Notes under the pieces: generated by a model | The model's database searches: none | What the model was told of the DNA's origin: nothing | What the model saw: only the letters and a program-made list of their open reading frames with translations | Part shown: piece by piece, positions 12,300 to 29,742 of the stretch | How the letters are laid out: the number at the start of each line of letters is the position of its first letter | Position numbering within the stretch: position 1 is the first letter of the stretch | Assembly: GCF_009914755.1 (NCBI RefSeq) | Contig: NC_060925.1 | DNA length: 64,000 nucleotides | Direction: 5' to 3' (one strand) | Source of the DNA: the human T2T-CHM13v2.0 reference genome, Homo sapiens | Position numbers and translations under genes: made by a program

Positions 12300-15200
12300 T
12301 TATAAGCTATTAACTATGTATTGGTCTTTCTTGCTTTGTTGCACATCTTGTAATTTTGTGTAGACATGTGGAAATTTTAAGTAATATAATGTGACATATC
12401 TGGAAGGAATATTTCCTTATTTATCTTCTGTCTGTCCTATCCACTGGTGAATATGGGATACTGAGGTCTCTATTATATTGCATATCTATTTCTTCTTTCT
12501 ATTCTATCAGTTTTTCCTTATATTTTTGGGATCTCTTTTAAGTGCATATATATTTGTAATGGTCATATCTTCCTGATGGTTTGGCCCTGTTGCCGTTATA
12601 AAATATTTTTATTTGTCTTTAGTATTAGTAAGAAAAAAATTCTCTTAAAGTCTATTTGTCCAATATTTGTGTAGCCACTGCAATTCTCTTATGCTGAATG
12701 CTATGCTTTTGTTTTCTTTTACACTGAACTTATTTGTGCCTTTGAATCTAAAGTGCATCTCTTGTAGACAGAATATAGTATAATCACGATTTTTATCCAG
12801 TCTCCAAAATTCTACCTCCTAATTGGAGTGTTTAATATTTTAAATATCATGAACCACCTATAGGTATGTTTACATACCTATATGATTTACATTTGCCATT
12901 TTGCTATTTTCTATGTCTTTTTTCATTTCTCCATCGTTGCCTTCTTTTGTGTTAGATATTTTCCAGGGTTCATTTTTAATTCCCTATACACTATATTTTT
13001 GAGACATTTTCTTACTACTTTCCATGAGGATTACAAATAACATCTTAATACAGAAGAATCTAAGTTTAGATGATATCAACTTAATTTCAACGGGATATGG
13101 AAACTTTGCTCTTACATGTTTACAGTCCCTCCCCTTTTAATTGCTATTTTTACATAAATTACATCTTTATATACTATGTTCCTACCAACAAATATTTATA
13201 ATTATTGTTTTGTGAGGTCATCTCTTAAATCAGATATAAGAACTAAAGAGTTACTGGCAAAAACTGTATTTAGCCTATCTTTTATATTTACCTAGTTACC
13301 ATTATCATTGCTCTTTATTTCTTCATGTGAATCTGAGCTACTGTCTAGTGTCCTTTCACTTCATCCTGAAGAGCTCCTTTTAGTATTTCTTGTAGTGCAG
13401 ATCTGCTAGTGATAAACTTGGTTTTATTTGAGAATGCTAATTTATTCCATATTTTTGAAAGACAGTTTTGCTGGATATTCATGGTTGAGAGTTCTTTCCT
13501 TTTCAGTACATTGAATATATCATTACACTGCCTTTTGGACTCCACAGTTTCTGATTTAAACCAGTTTTAAATCTTATTGAGGAACACATTTATGTGATGA
13601 ATTCCTTCTACCTTGCTGCTTTTAAGATTCTCTTTTTGACTCTGGCTTTTTTCAAAACACTTTTTTTCTAGATATAGGGTCTAACTCTGTCACCCAGGCT
13701 GAAATGCAGTGGCGAAATCATAGCTCACTGTAGCCTTGAACTCCTGGGCTCAAGTGATTCTCCCATTTCAACCTTCTGAATATTAGGGATTACAGGTACT
13801 TGCCACAATGCCAGGCTTATCTTTGGCTTCAGACTTACGGTTTATAATGAGTCTCAAGTGTGGATCTATTTGAGTTTATCCTACTTAAGAGTTTATTGAG
13901 CTCCTTAGATAATAATTTTCTTCAATTTGGCAAGGACCATTATTTCTCCAAATATTCCTTCTGTCCCTTCCTTTCTCCCTCTTTTTCTGGAATTCTTATT
14001 ACAGTATGTTGGCATGCTTAATGGTATCCCACAAATCCTTATGTGTTCATTATTTTTATTCTTCTTTCTGTTCCTCACACTGAATTATCTCATTTGACTT
14101 GTCTTCAAGTCCAATAATATTTTCTTCTGCCTGCTCGTAGGGTGCCAATGAGTCCTTCTAATAAATTTTTCATTTCTGGAGATTTTCATTTCAAAAAATT
14201 TTCATTTCTGAATATGTACTTGTCAACTTCAGGATTTCTATTTGGTTACTTAAAAAATAGTTTATAACTTTTGATTGAAATTTTATATTTTATGAGACAT
14301 AATTCTAACACTTTATTTCTTTATAAATGCTTTCTTTTGGTTCTTTGAATAACTATATTTAACATAACTGATTTATGGTCTTTGTTTAGTGAGTCCAATG
14401 TGTAAGATCCTCAAGGACAGTTCCTATTCATTGTTTTCTCCATTTCCACTGTTTATTGTTGTTGTTTATTCTAGTTATTAGCATAGTGATTTTCTGACTT
14501 AGTTCTGCAAAGTCAACATTCCTTTTTGTGGGTGATCACTGATATCTCTATTCTGTTAGCTGAGTCATCAAGTAATGATTGGACAGACATTTCTATAAAC
14601 GCTTAGAACCATTAAGTCTCCCAGTGTTTGCTGAGCAGCTCTGTATGTTGAGAGTACACTTTCAACACTTAGCCTAAGCCGTAACTGATTGTTTATGCAG
14701 AGCCTTAAGGTAGGCTGGAATTGAAAGCTAAGGGCCTTCTTGTCTTTTCTAATCAAGTACATAGCCTTGGACATATGCACAGTCCTACAAATATGAGTGG
14801 TATTCTAAAATCCCAGGAATGTGTGGTAGCTTTTCAAAGCCCCCTATGCACACATTCAGCTTTTTCTTTGAAGGTTTTTCATTGGTCTATTGTTTAATTC
14901 AATGGCTATCCACCATTTCAGTTGGCAATGAGGTTTAACAATTGCCTGTAATTATTTCTTTTAAAAATGCCCTCCAGGGCAAAGATTTTGCACTGGGAAA
15001 GCTCTCACTCAAAGTGGGGTCTTCCAGGCAATCTCCAGCAAGTCAAGTAATTACAATTCTCTGGGAATGGTCTTTGAAGAAATCCTAACTTTATTTTACC
15101 TCTAACAGTGCCTGCCAAAATTTTGGTTTTCACTGAGATTGTGACATGTTGGTTATCAAGCCTACTATGCAGCTAGAGAGCAGGAGATGGGACTCGGTCA

Positions 15201-15300
15201 AGTTAAAATGCCATAAAACTTACTGTCCCTACCAATATTTAGCTGTTTTTCATGTTGAAGCATTTGCTTGAGTTTCTAGAGATAAAGTGTATGAACTTGT
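12300..15300 (-). mobile_element. Old L1M (L1MC/MD-like) 5'UTR-ORF1-start of ORF2
   Basis: ORF 13345-13545 (RQCNDIFNVLKRK...FITSRSALQEILKG) is the L1 ORF1p C-terminus. Confidence 0.75.
13660..13817 (-). mobile_element. Old Alu monomer (FRAM/AluJ arm)
   Basis: ...ctctgtcacccaggctgaaatgcagtggc...ctcctgggctcaagtgattctccc...gggattacagg. Confidence 0.85.
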
Positions 15301-15409
15301 GAGAGCCCCCTAGGACTCTGGCCCCAAGGAGTTTTTTACTCTCATGCTGTATTTGTCAGGATTCTCTAGAGAAAACAGAACCAACAGGATGTGTGTACAG
15401 TTCGAAGAC

Positions 15410-16339
15410 AGCAATATTTGATTTTTCAACAATGAACAGAACAATCAGGCAGAAGATCAACCAGTAAATGGAAGACCTAAACAACAATATAAATCAACCA
15501 GACCTAACAACATCTATAGAACATTCCACCCAACGATAGCAAAATACATATTCTTTTCAAGTGCATATGAAAAATTCTTGAAGAATGTTAGGCTATAAAA
15601 CAAGTTTCAATAAATTTGAAAGAACTGAAATCATACAAAATATGTTACCTGGCCACAATAACATGAAATTAGAGAATAATAGCAGAAGAAAATTTGGGTA
15701 ATTAATAAATATGTAGAAATCAAACAATATACTACTAAATGATCAGTAGGCCAAATAAAACAGCACAAGGGACACTAGAAAATGCTTCAAGAGAAATTTA
15801 AAATATAACAAAACATATAAAACTTAATAATGAAAATGAGGCAGTGCTTCTAGAGGAACATGGCTATAAACACCTACATGAAAAAAGAAGACCTCAAATC
15901 AATAACCCAAAGCTTTTACTTCAAAAACTAGAAAAAGAACATCAAACCAAATCCAAAACAAGTAAAATACAAACATTAGGATGGAAATAAATGAGATCAA
16001 AAATAGAAAACTGGATAAAACCAATGAAAACCAAAGTTGCTTCTTTGAAACCATAAAACATTTGACAATGTTTTAGTTAGACCAAGGCTCTAATTACTAA
16101 CATCAGGAATGAAAAATGGGACATTACTAGAGATCTTACAGAAATAAAAAGGGTAATAAGGAAATGCATGAAATAATTGTAAACCAAAATAATTATAGAA
16201 TTGTCTAGAATGGTATCTATAAATAAAAGAACAAATTACTAGAAAGATAAAAACTATTTAAACAGATCCAAGAAGAAACAGGAAATCTGAATACACCTAT
16301 AATAAAGAAAGAGAGTGAATTAGTAATCAAAAAAACTTA
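15410..16339 (+). mobile_element. L1MB-like host element, segment 1 (ORF2 EN region)
   Basis: Decayed ORF2 that resumes colinearly at 22461 (agtaatcaaaaaaactta|acacaaagaa). Confidence 0.75.
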
Positions 16340-16727
16340 AATTAAAAAAACTTAGGGAGCCAAGATAGCTGAATAGGAACACCTCCAGTCTACAGCTCCC
16401 AACGTGAGCGACACAGAAGACAAATGATTTCTGCATTTCCAACTGAGGTACCAGGTTCATCTCACTAGGGACTGTCGGACAGTGGGTGCAGGACAGTGGG
16501 TGCAGTGCACCGAGCGTGAGCCGAAGCAGGGCAAGGCATCACCTCCCCCGGGAAGTACAAGGGGTGAGGGAATTCCCTTTCCTAGCCAAGGAAAAGGGTG
16601 ACAGATGGTACCTGGAAATTCGGGTCACTCCCACCCTAATACTGTGCTTTTCCAATGGTCTTAGCAAACGGCACACCAGGAGATTGTATCCCGCGATTGG
16701 CTTGGAGGGTCCTACGCCCACGGAGCC

Positions 16728-16799
16728 TCACTCATTGCTACCACAACAGTCTGAGATAAAACTGCAAGGTGGCAGCGAGGCTGGGGGAGGGGCGCCCAT
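16728..16799 (-). pseudogene. L1 ORF0 remnant, truncated after 23 codons
   Basis: ATG at 16799 gives MGAPPPASLPPCSFISDCCGSNE*; the rest of ORF0 is the track ORF 16539-16721 (VGVGPS...RVGVTR). Confidence 0.8.
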
Positions 16800-17356
16800 T
16801 GCCCAGGCTTGAGTAGGTAAACAAAGCGGCCAGGAAGCTCAAACTCGGTGGAGCCCACCACAGCTCAAGGAGGCCTGCCTCCCACTGTAGACTCCACCTC
16901 TGGGGGCAGGGAATAGCGAAACAAAAGGCAGCAGAAACCTCTGCAGACTTAAATGTCCCTGTCTGACATCTTTGAAGAGAGTAGTGGTTCTCCCAGCATG
17001 CAGCTGGAGATAAAGAGAATGGACAGACTACCTCCTCAAGTGGGTCCCTGACACCCGAGCAGCCTAACTGGGAGGCACCCCCCAGTAGGGGCAGACTGAC
17101 TACTCTGAGACAAAACTTCCAGAGGAAAGATCAGGCAGCAACATTTGCTGTTCACCAAGATCCGCTGTTCTGCAGTCTTCGCTGCTGATACCCAGGCAAA
17201 TAGGGTCTGGAATGGACCTCCAGCAAATTCCAACAGACCTGCAGCTGAGGGTCCTCACTGCTAGAAGGAAAACTAACAAAAAGAAAGGACACCCAAACCA
17301 AAAACCCATCTGTACGTCACCATCATCAAAGATCAAAGGCAGATACAACCACAAAG

Positions 17357-18370
17357 ATGGGGAAAAAACAGAGCAGAAAAACTGAAAATTCTAAAAATCA
17401 GAGCACCTCTCCTCCTCCAAAGGAATGCAGCTCCTCACCAGCAACGGAACAAAGTGGGATGGAGAATGAATTTGACGAGTTGAGAGAAGAAGGCTTCAGA
17501 TGATCAAACGACTCCAAGCTAAAGGAGGAAGTTAGAACCCATGGCAAAGAAGTTAAAAACCTTGAAAAAAGATTAGACGAATGGCTAACTACAATAACCA
17601 ATGCAGAGAAGTCCTTAAAGGACCTGATGGAGCTGAAAACCACGGCAAGAGACAAACGTGACGAATGCACAAGCCTCAGTAGCTGATTCAATCAACTGTA
17701 AGAAAGGGCATCAGTGATGGAAGATCAAATGAATGACATGAAGCGAGAAGTTTAGAGAAAAAAATAAATAAAAAGAAACTAACAAAGCCTCCAAGAAATA
17801 TGGGACTATGTGAAAAGACCAAATCTGTGTCTGATTGGTGTACCTGAAAGTGACGGGGAGAATGGAACCAAGTTGGAAAACACTCCACAGGATATTTTCC
17901 AGGAGAACTTCCCCAGTCTAGCAATGCAGGCCGACATTCAAATTCAGGAAATACAGAGAATGCCACAAAGATACTCCTCGAGAAGAGCAACTCCAAGACA
18001 CATAATTGTCAGATTCACCAAAGTTTAAATGAAGGCAAAAATGTTAAGGGCAGCCAGAGAGAAAGGTCGGGTTACCCACAAAGGGAGGCCCATCAGACTA
18101 ACAGCTGATCTCTTGGCAGAAACTCTACAAGCCAGAAGAGAGTGGGGGCCAATATTCAACATTCTTAAAGAAAAGAATTTTCAACCCAGAATTTCATATC
18201 CAGCCAAACTAAGCTTCATAAGTGAAGGAGAAATAAAATCCTTTACAGACAAGCAAATGCTGAGAGATTTTGTCACCACCAGGCCTGCCCTAAAAGAGCT
18301 CCTGAAGGAAGCACTAAACATCGAAAGGAACAACTGGTACCAGCCACTGCAAAAACATGCCAAATTGTAA
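17357..18370 (+). pseudogene. L1 ORF1 (disrupted)
   Basis: ATGGGGAAAAAACAG start, in-frame TGA at 17501-17503 plus indels, ending ...WYQPLQKHAKL*. Confidence 0.9.
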
Positions 18371-18433
18371 CGACCATCGAGGCTAGGAAGAAACTGCATC
18401 AACTAATGAGCAAAATAACCAGATAACATCATA

Positions 18434-22239
<3,806 letters not shown>

Positions 22240-22460
22240 ACAATGAGAACACATGGACACAGGAAGGGGAACATCACACACTGGGGCCTGTTGTGGGGTG
22301 GGGGGAGAGGGGAGGGATAGCATTAGGAGATATACCTAATGTTAAATGATGAGTTAATGGGTGCAGCACACCAACATAGCACATGTATATATATGTAACA
22401 AACCTGCACGTTGTGCACATGTACCTTAAAACTTAAAGTAAAAAAAAAATAAAAAACTTA

Positions 22461-24184
22461 ACACAAAGAAGAGCTCAAAAGCACATGGCTTCATGGTGTT
22501 ATATATTTAAGAAGAATGAACACCAAATCTTTACAACTTCTTCCCAAAAATTTAAGAGGAAGAAGAACTCACCAACTCATTCTATAAGGTCTTTATTCCT
22601 TTGATACCAAAAGCACAATTTAAAAAAACCCTGAAAACCAATACATTTTATGAATACAGATGCAAAATTTCTCAGTAAAATACTAGCAAGCCAAATCCAG
22701 CAAGACATAAAAAGAATTATACACCACAACCAACTGGGAATTATCCAAAGAATGCAAGGTTGACTCATATAAAATTCAATCAATGTAAGGTCATATTAAC
22801 AGAATAAAGGACAAAATGATAGGATCATCTCAATAGATGCAGGGAAAGCATTTGACAAATACCAAGAACATTCAACAAACTAGGAGTAGAAGGAAATTCC
22901 TCAAGATGGTAAATGCCATCTGTTAAAAACATATAGTTAATAGCATACTTATTTTTAAAGGAGTGAAATCTTCTAAGATCAGGAATAAAACAAGGATGGG
23001 CACTCTCCCCACTTCTATTCAGCAGTATATTGGGGGTGCTATCCAGAACAATTAGCCAAGAATATGACATAAGAGAAATCAAGATCAGAAAGGAAATAAA
23101 AATATTTCTATTTGCAGATAAGATGATTCTGTATTTTAAAAATTCCACACAAATACACAAAATAACTATTAGAGCTAATAAGTTCAGCAAGATTTCAGGA
23201 TTTAAGATTAACATATGAAAATGCATTGTATTCCTAAACACTATCAATAAACAATCTGAAAATAAAATTAAGGAAACAATACCATGTAAAATAGCATCAA
23301 AAATAACAAAATACTTAGGAGTAAACTTGATTTTTTAATGGCTTAAAATGAACACTGAACTATAAAACATATTTCATATAAGATGACATAAATAAATTTT
23401 TAAAGTGCTATCTTCACAGATCAAAAGATATTTAAACAATTATTATTAAGAAAGCAATATCCTCCAAAATGATCTAGAGAGCTAACACAATTCCTATACA
23501 ATTCCGGCCACAGTTTTCTTGCAAAAATTGAAAAGTTGATCCTAAAATTCATACAGAAATGCAAAGGACCTAGAATAGTTATTCTTGAAAAAGAAGAAAA
23601 GGTGGAAGACTAACAATTCCTGATATCAAAATTTACTACAAAAGCCATCACAATCAAAATAGTATGATAATAGCATAAGGACAGATATATAGATCAATGA
23701 AACAGAATTAAGAATCCAGAAATAAACCCATACATTTATAGTCAACTGATTTTTTTATAAAGATGCCAAGACAATTCAATGGGGGAGCAATCTTTTTAAG
23801 AAATGGTGCTGTGACAACCAGATTTCCACATGAAAAAGAATTAATTTGGACTCTCTATCTCACACAAAATACAAAAATCAACTCAAAATTGATCAATGAC
23901 CTAAATGTAAAGGCCAATACTGTAAAACTCTTAGAAAACATAGGCATAAATTTTTATGTCCCTAGACTAAGCAACAATTTCTGAGATATCCTAAGCAAAA
24001 GTAACCAAAGAAAACATAGAAAAGTTGGATTTCATCAAAATTTTAAAAACTTTTATGCTTCAAAACACAGTATTAGGAAGGTGGAAGACAAACCACAAAC
24101 ATAAGAATATATTTGCAAACCTTATTATCTAAGATGGGACTTGTACTCAGAATATATAAAGAGCTCTCAAAATCCAGTAATAAG
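22461..24184 (+). mobile_element. L1MB-like host element, segment 2 (ORF2)
   Basis: Decayed RT (KIFLFADKMILY); continues after 32765. Confidence 0.8.
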
Positions 24185-24880
24185 GCAGATAACTATAAGC
24201 AGCTAGTGAGCGCCTCTGTCATGGAGAGCAATCAAAATAGCAAGGAAATGCTAACACTTCAAGTAGATTGTCTAAGAGAGCACAATGAAATTCACCAGAG
24301 AAGCCATGAAAATCAAGGAAAGAAGATAGTGAAGTCAGGCAGCCCTCCAAGCAGGACTGGCGCAGAGCTAGGAAAGGTTCCCTAAAGCAGGAAAGGGATG
24401 ACTAAATAAGAGATCCTCAGTATTCCACCCTTCCATCACAGAACATTGTAATCCTATTCACTGCAGAGCCCTGTTGACCCTGCACCCCTGCTCCAACACC
24501 TCCAGACTAACACAGCGAGCCACCTGGAGATTGTGTACAGGCACTGCTCAAGCCCAGGTGGAATCCCACAGGCTTGTGATCCCTGAGCATCCCGGTGACA
24601 ACTGCTGCACCCAACCAAGGAGGAAGGCCGAGCACTTTCACATGCCCCAAAGACAGATACCACATCCACAGTATGGAGAAGAGGGCAAACTATGCACTGT
24701 GCAACTTCCCACTTCCACTGCTCCCTGCAGAAAAAGGCACCCCTGCCTTAGTGTCATGCCCCCAGTGCAGCCACCCTTCCCCGCCTGTGGACTACCACTG
24801 CAGCTCAGCATTTCTCTGAGAGCCCAGTCCCCAGAGGCTGTTGATGAGCCCTTTGTCTCCTACAACAGTCACCACCATTG
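24185..24880 (+). mobile_element. L1PB-type 5'UTR segment
   Basis: GC-richer block whose start (gcagataactataagcagct...ctgtcatggagag) resembles the L1 5' end at 34349; subfamily call from memory. Confidence 0.55.
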
Positions 24881-27002
24881 CTCAAATAGTCTCAAAAGGA
24901 CAAATCTAAGAGATATTGGCCTTAAAGAGGAGGTAGAAAAAGAGATAGGGTAGAAAGTTTATTCAAAGGGATAATAACAGAGAACTTCCAAAGCCTAGAT
25001 AAAGATATTGGTAATCAAGTACAAGAGGGTTATAGCAAACCAAGAAGATTTAACCCAACTAAGACTACCTCAAGACATTTTACAATCCAACTGCCGAATA
25101 CCAAAGATACAGAAAAGATCCAAAAAGCAGCAAGAGAAAAACAAGTAACACACAAATGAACTCCAAAACATCCGGCAGCAAGCTGACTTCTCAGTGGAAA
25201 CCTTACAGGCCAGGAAAGGGTAGCAACATGTATTTAAAGTGCTGAAGGAAAACCTTGTATTGTAGAATAGTATATCTGGCAAAAAGATCTTTCAAACATT
25301 AAGGAGAAATAAAGACTTTCCCAGACAAACAAGAGCTGAGGGACTTCGTCAACAGCAGACCTGTCCTATGAGAAATGCAAAAGGAAGTTCTTCAATATGA
25401 AAGAAAAGGATGTTAATGAGCAATAACAAATCATCTGAAGGTATAAAACTTATTGGTAATAGTAAGCACACAGAAAAACACAGCATATTATAACACTAAC
25501 TGTGGCAAACTACTTATATCTTCAGTAGAAATACTAAAAGATGAACCTATCAGAAATAATGAAGACAACGACTTTTCAAGACATAGACAGTAAAGTAAGA
25601 TAAAAATAGGAAAAACAAAAAGTTAAAAAGAGGGGAGATGAAATTAAAGTGTGGAGTTTTTATTCATTTTCTTTTTGCTTGTTTATTTAAGCAATCAGTG
25701 TTAAGTTGTCATCAGTTTAAAACAAAGGGTTATGACATATTATTTGTAAGCCTCATGTTAACTTCAAATCTAAAATAATACAACATAACACAAAAAATAA
25801 AGGGCAAAAAATTGAAACACACCGTCAGAGAAAATCACCTTCACTAACAGGAAGACAGGAAGAAAAGAAGGAAGATAAGACCACAGAACAACCAGGAAAC
25901 AACAAAAATGGCAGAAGTAAGTCTTTACTTATCAATAATAACACTGAATGAAAATGGACAGACTTCTCCGCTCAAAAGAAATGGAGTGGTGAAATAAATT
26001 AAAAACAACAACAACAACAACAATAATCAACAATTTCTTGCCTACAAGAAACACACTGCATCCATAAGGACACACACAGACTGAAAACAAAGGAATGGGA
26101 AAAGATTTCATGCAAATGGAAATCAAAAAAGAGTAGAAGTAGCTAAACTGATATCAGATGAAATAGATTTCAAGATACAAATTATAAAAAGAGACAAGTT
26201 CACTATATAATGATAAAGCAATCAATTCAGCAAGAGGATGTAACAATTATAAATATATATCATCCAACATTGGAGCAACCAGATATATAAAGCAAATATT
26301 ATTAGAGCTAAAGAGATAGATCCCAATACAGTAATAGATGGGGACTTCAACACTCCACTTTCAGTACTAGACAGACATCCAGACATAAAATCAGCAAAGA
26401 AATACCAGACTTAATCTGCACTATAGCCTAAATAAACCTAATAGATATTTACAGAACAGTTCATCTAAGGGCTGCAGAATACAGATTCTTCTCCTCAGCA
26501 CATGGATCATTCTCAAGGGTGAATCATATGTCAGGCCCCAAAACAAGTCTTAAAAAGTTGAAATTATATCATGTGTCTTCTCTGACCACAATGGAATAAA
26601 ACTGGAAATCAATAACAAGAGAAATTTTGGACACTACACCAACAGATGGAAATTAAACAACATGCTCCTGGATAACCAGTGAGTCAATAAACATATTAAG
26701 AAGAAAATTTTAAAATTTCTTAAAGTAAATGTACATGAAAATACAACATACCAAAATCTATGGGATACAGCAAAAGCAGTACTAAGAGGAAAGCTTATAG
26801 CAGTAAGCGCCTACATTTAAAAAGACGACAAGTAGGTGGGAAAAAAAAGACAAAATTCTTCAAATGAACAACCTAATGATGCATCTTAAAGAACTAGAAA
26901 GGCAAGAAAAAACCAAAGCCAAAATTAGTAGAAGTAAAGAAATACCAAAGAGAAGAAATAAATAAAGTTGAATTAAATAAAACAATACAAAAGATGAACA
27001 AA

Positions 27003-28340
27003 GTAGAACAGAGGCCTCAGAAATACCACCACATATCTACAACCATCTGATCTTTGACAAATCTGACAAAAACAAGCAATAGGGAAATGATTCCCTATAT
27101 AATAAATGGGGCTGGGAAAACTGGCTAGCCATATGCAGAAAGATGAAACTGGATCCCTTCCTTACACCTTATATAAAAATTAGCTCAAGATGGATTACAG
27201 ACTTACATGTAAAACCTAAAACCATAAAAACCCTAGAGGAAAACCTCAGCAATACCATTCAGGACATAGGCATGGGCAAAGTCTTCATGACTAAAACCCA
27301 AAAAGCAATGGCAACAAAAGCCAAAATAGACAAATCGCATCTAATTAAACTAAAGAGCTTCTGCACAGCAAAAGAAACTGTCATCAGTGTGAACAGGCAA
27401 ACTACAGAATAGGAGAAAATTTCTGCAATCTATCCATCTGACAAAGGTCTAATATCCAGAATCTACAAAGAACTTAAACAAATTTACAAGAAAACAAACA
27501 AACAACCCCATCAAAAAATGGGTGAAGGATATGAACAGACACTTCTCAAAAGAAGACATTTATGCAGCCAACAAACTTATGAAAAAATGCTCATCATCAT
27601 TGGTCATTAGAGAAATGCAAATCAAAACCACAATGAGATATCATCTCATGCCAGTTAGAATGGCGATCATTAAAAAGTCACGAAATAACAGATGCTGGAG
27701 AGGATGTAGAGAAATAGGAACCCTTTTACACTGTTGGTAGGAGTGTAAGTTACTTCAACCACTGTGGAAGACAGTGTGCCAATTCCTCAAGGATCTAGAA
27801 CTAGAAATACCATTTGACCCAGCAATCCCATTACTGGGTATATACCCAAAGGATTATAAATCATTCTACTATAAAGACACATGCACACATGTTTACTGCA
27901 GCACTGTTCATAAGAGCAAAGTCTTGGAACCAACCCAAATGCCCATCAATGATAGACTGGATTAAGAAAATGTGGCACATATATACCATGGAATACTATG
28001 CAGCCATAAAAATGATGAGTTCATGTCCTTTGCAGGGACAGGGATGAAACTGGAAACCATCATTCTCAGTAAAATAACACAAGAAGAGAAAACCAAACAC
28101 TGCATGTTCTCACTCATATGTGGGAGTTGAACAATGAGAACACATGGACACAGGGAGGGGAACATCACACACCAGGACCTGTCGAGGGGTGGGGGGCTGG
28201 GGGAGGGATAGCATTAGGAGAAATACCTAACGTAAATGATGAGTTGATGGGTGCAGCAAACCAACATTGCACATGTATACTGATGTTAAAAACCTGCATC
28301 TTGTGCACATCTACCACAGAACTTAAAGTATAATAAAAAA
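27003..28340 (+). mobile_element. 5'-truncated L1PA6/7-like element
   Basis: ORF2 C-terminus plus 3'UTR (gtaaatgatgagttgatgggtgcagcaaaccaacat...agaacttaaagtataataaaaaa) nested in an older L1. Confidence 0.88.
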
Positions 28341-28671
28341 GAAAGGATAAACAAAATCAACAAACCTTTAGCCACAACAACAGAAAAAAAAAAAAAAGAG
28401 GAGACCCAAATAAATAAAAACAGAGATGAAACAGAAGGTATTACAAAAGATATGGCAGAATTTCAAAGGATCATTAGAGGATACTACGAGCGTCTGTATT
28501 CCATAAATTGGAAAACCTAAAAAAAATGTACAAATTCCTAAACACGTAAAACTTACCAAGATTGAACCATGAGGAAATCCAAAACTTGAATAGACTAATA
28601 CGTAATAATATGAAAACTGTAATAAAAAGTCTCCTAGCAAAGAAAAGCACAGGGCTCGATGGATTCACTAA

Positions 28672-29040
<369 letters not shown>

Positions 29041-29742
29041 TAGAACTAATACCAATCCTAAACAAACTATTCCAAAAAATAGAGGAGGGAGCACTTTCAA
29101 ACTCATTACATGGTCAAGTACTATCCTGATACCAAAACCAGACAAAGACACATCAGAGAAAGAAAACTACAGATCAATAACCCTGATGAACATTGATATA
29201 AAAACTCTTAGCAAAATACTAGCAAATCGAATTTGACAATACATTAGAAAGATTATTTATCATGACCAAGTGAGATTTATTTCAGGGATGCAAGGATGGT
29301 TCAACATAAGCAAATCAATCAATGTGATACATCGTATCAACAGAATGAAGGACAAAAATCATATAACCATTTCAATTAATACTAAAAAAGTATGTTATAA
29401 AATTCAACACCCCTTCATAATAAAAACTCTCAAAAAAACTGAGTATATAAAGAACATACCTCAACACAATAAAAGCCATATACAACAGACCCACAGCTAG
29501 TATCATACCGAGTCGGGAATAAGTGAAAACCCTTCCCCTAAGATCTGTAACACGACAAGGATGCTCACTTTCACCACTGTTATTCAATATAGCACTGGAA
29601 GTCCTATCTGGAGCAATCAGACCAGAAAGAAAGAAAGGGCATCCAACTTTATTGGAAACGAACAAGTCAAATTATCTTTCCTTGCAGATGATGCAATTTT
29701 ATATTTGGAAAAAACCTAAAGACCCCACCAAAAAACAAAACT

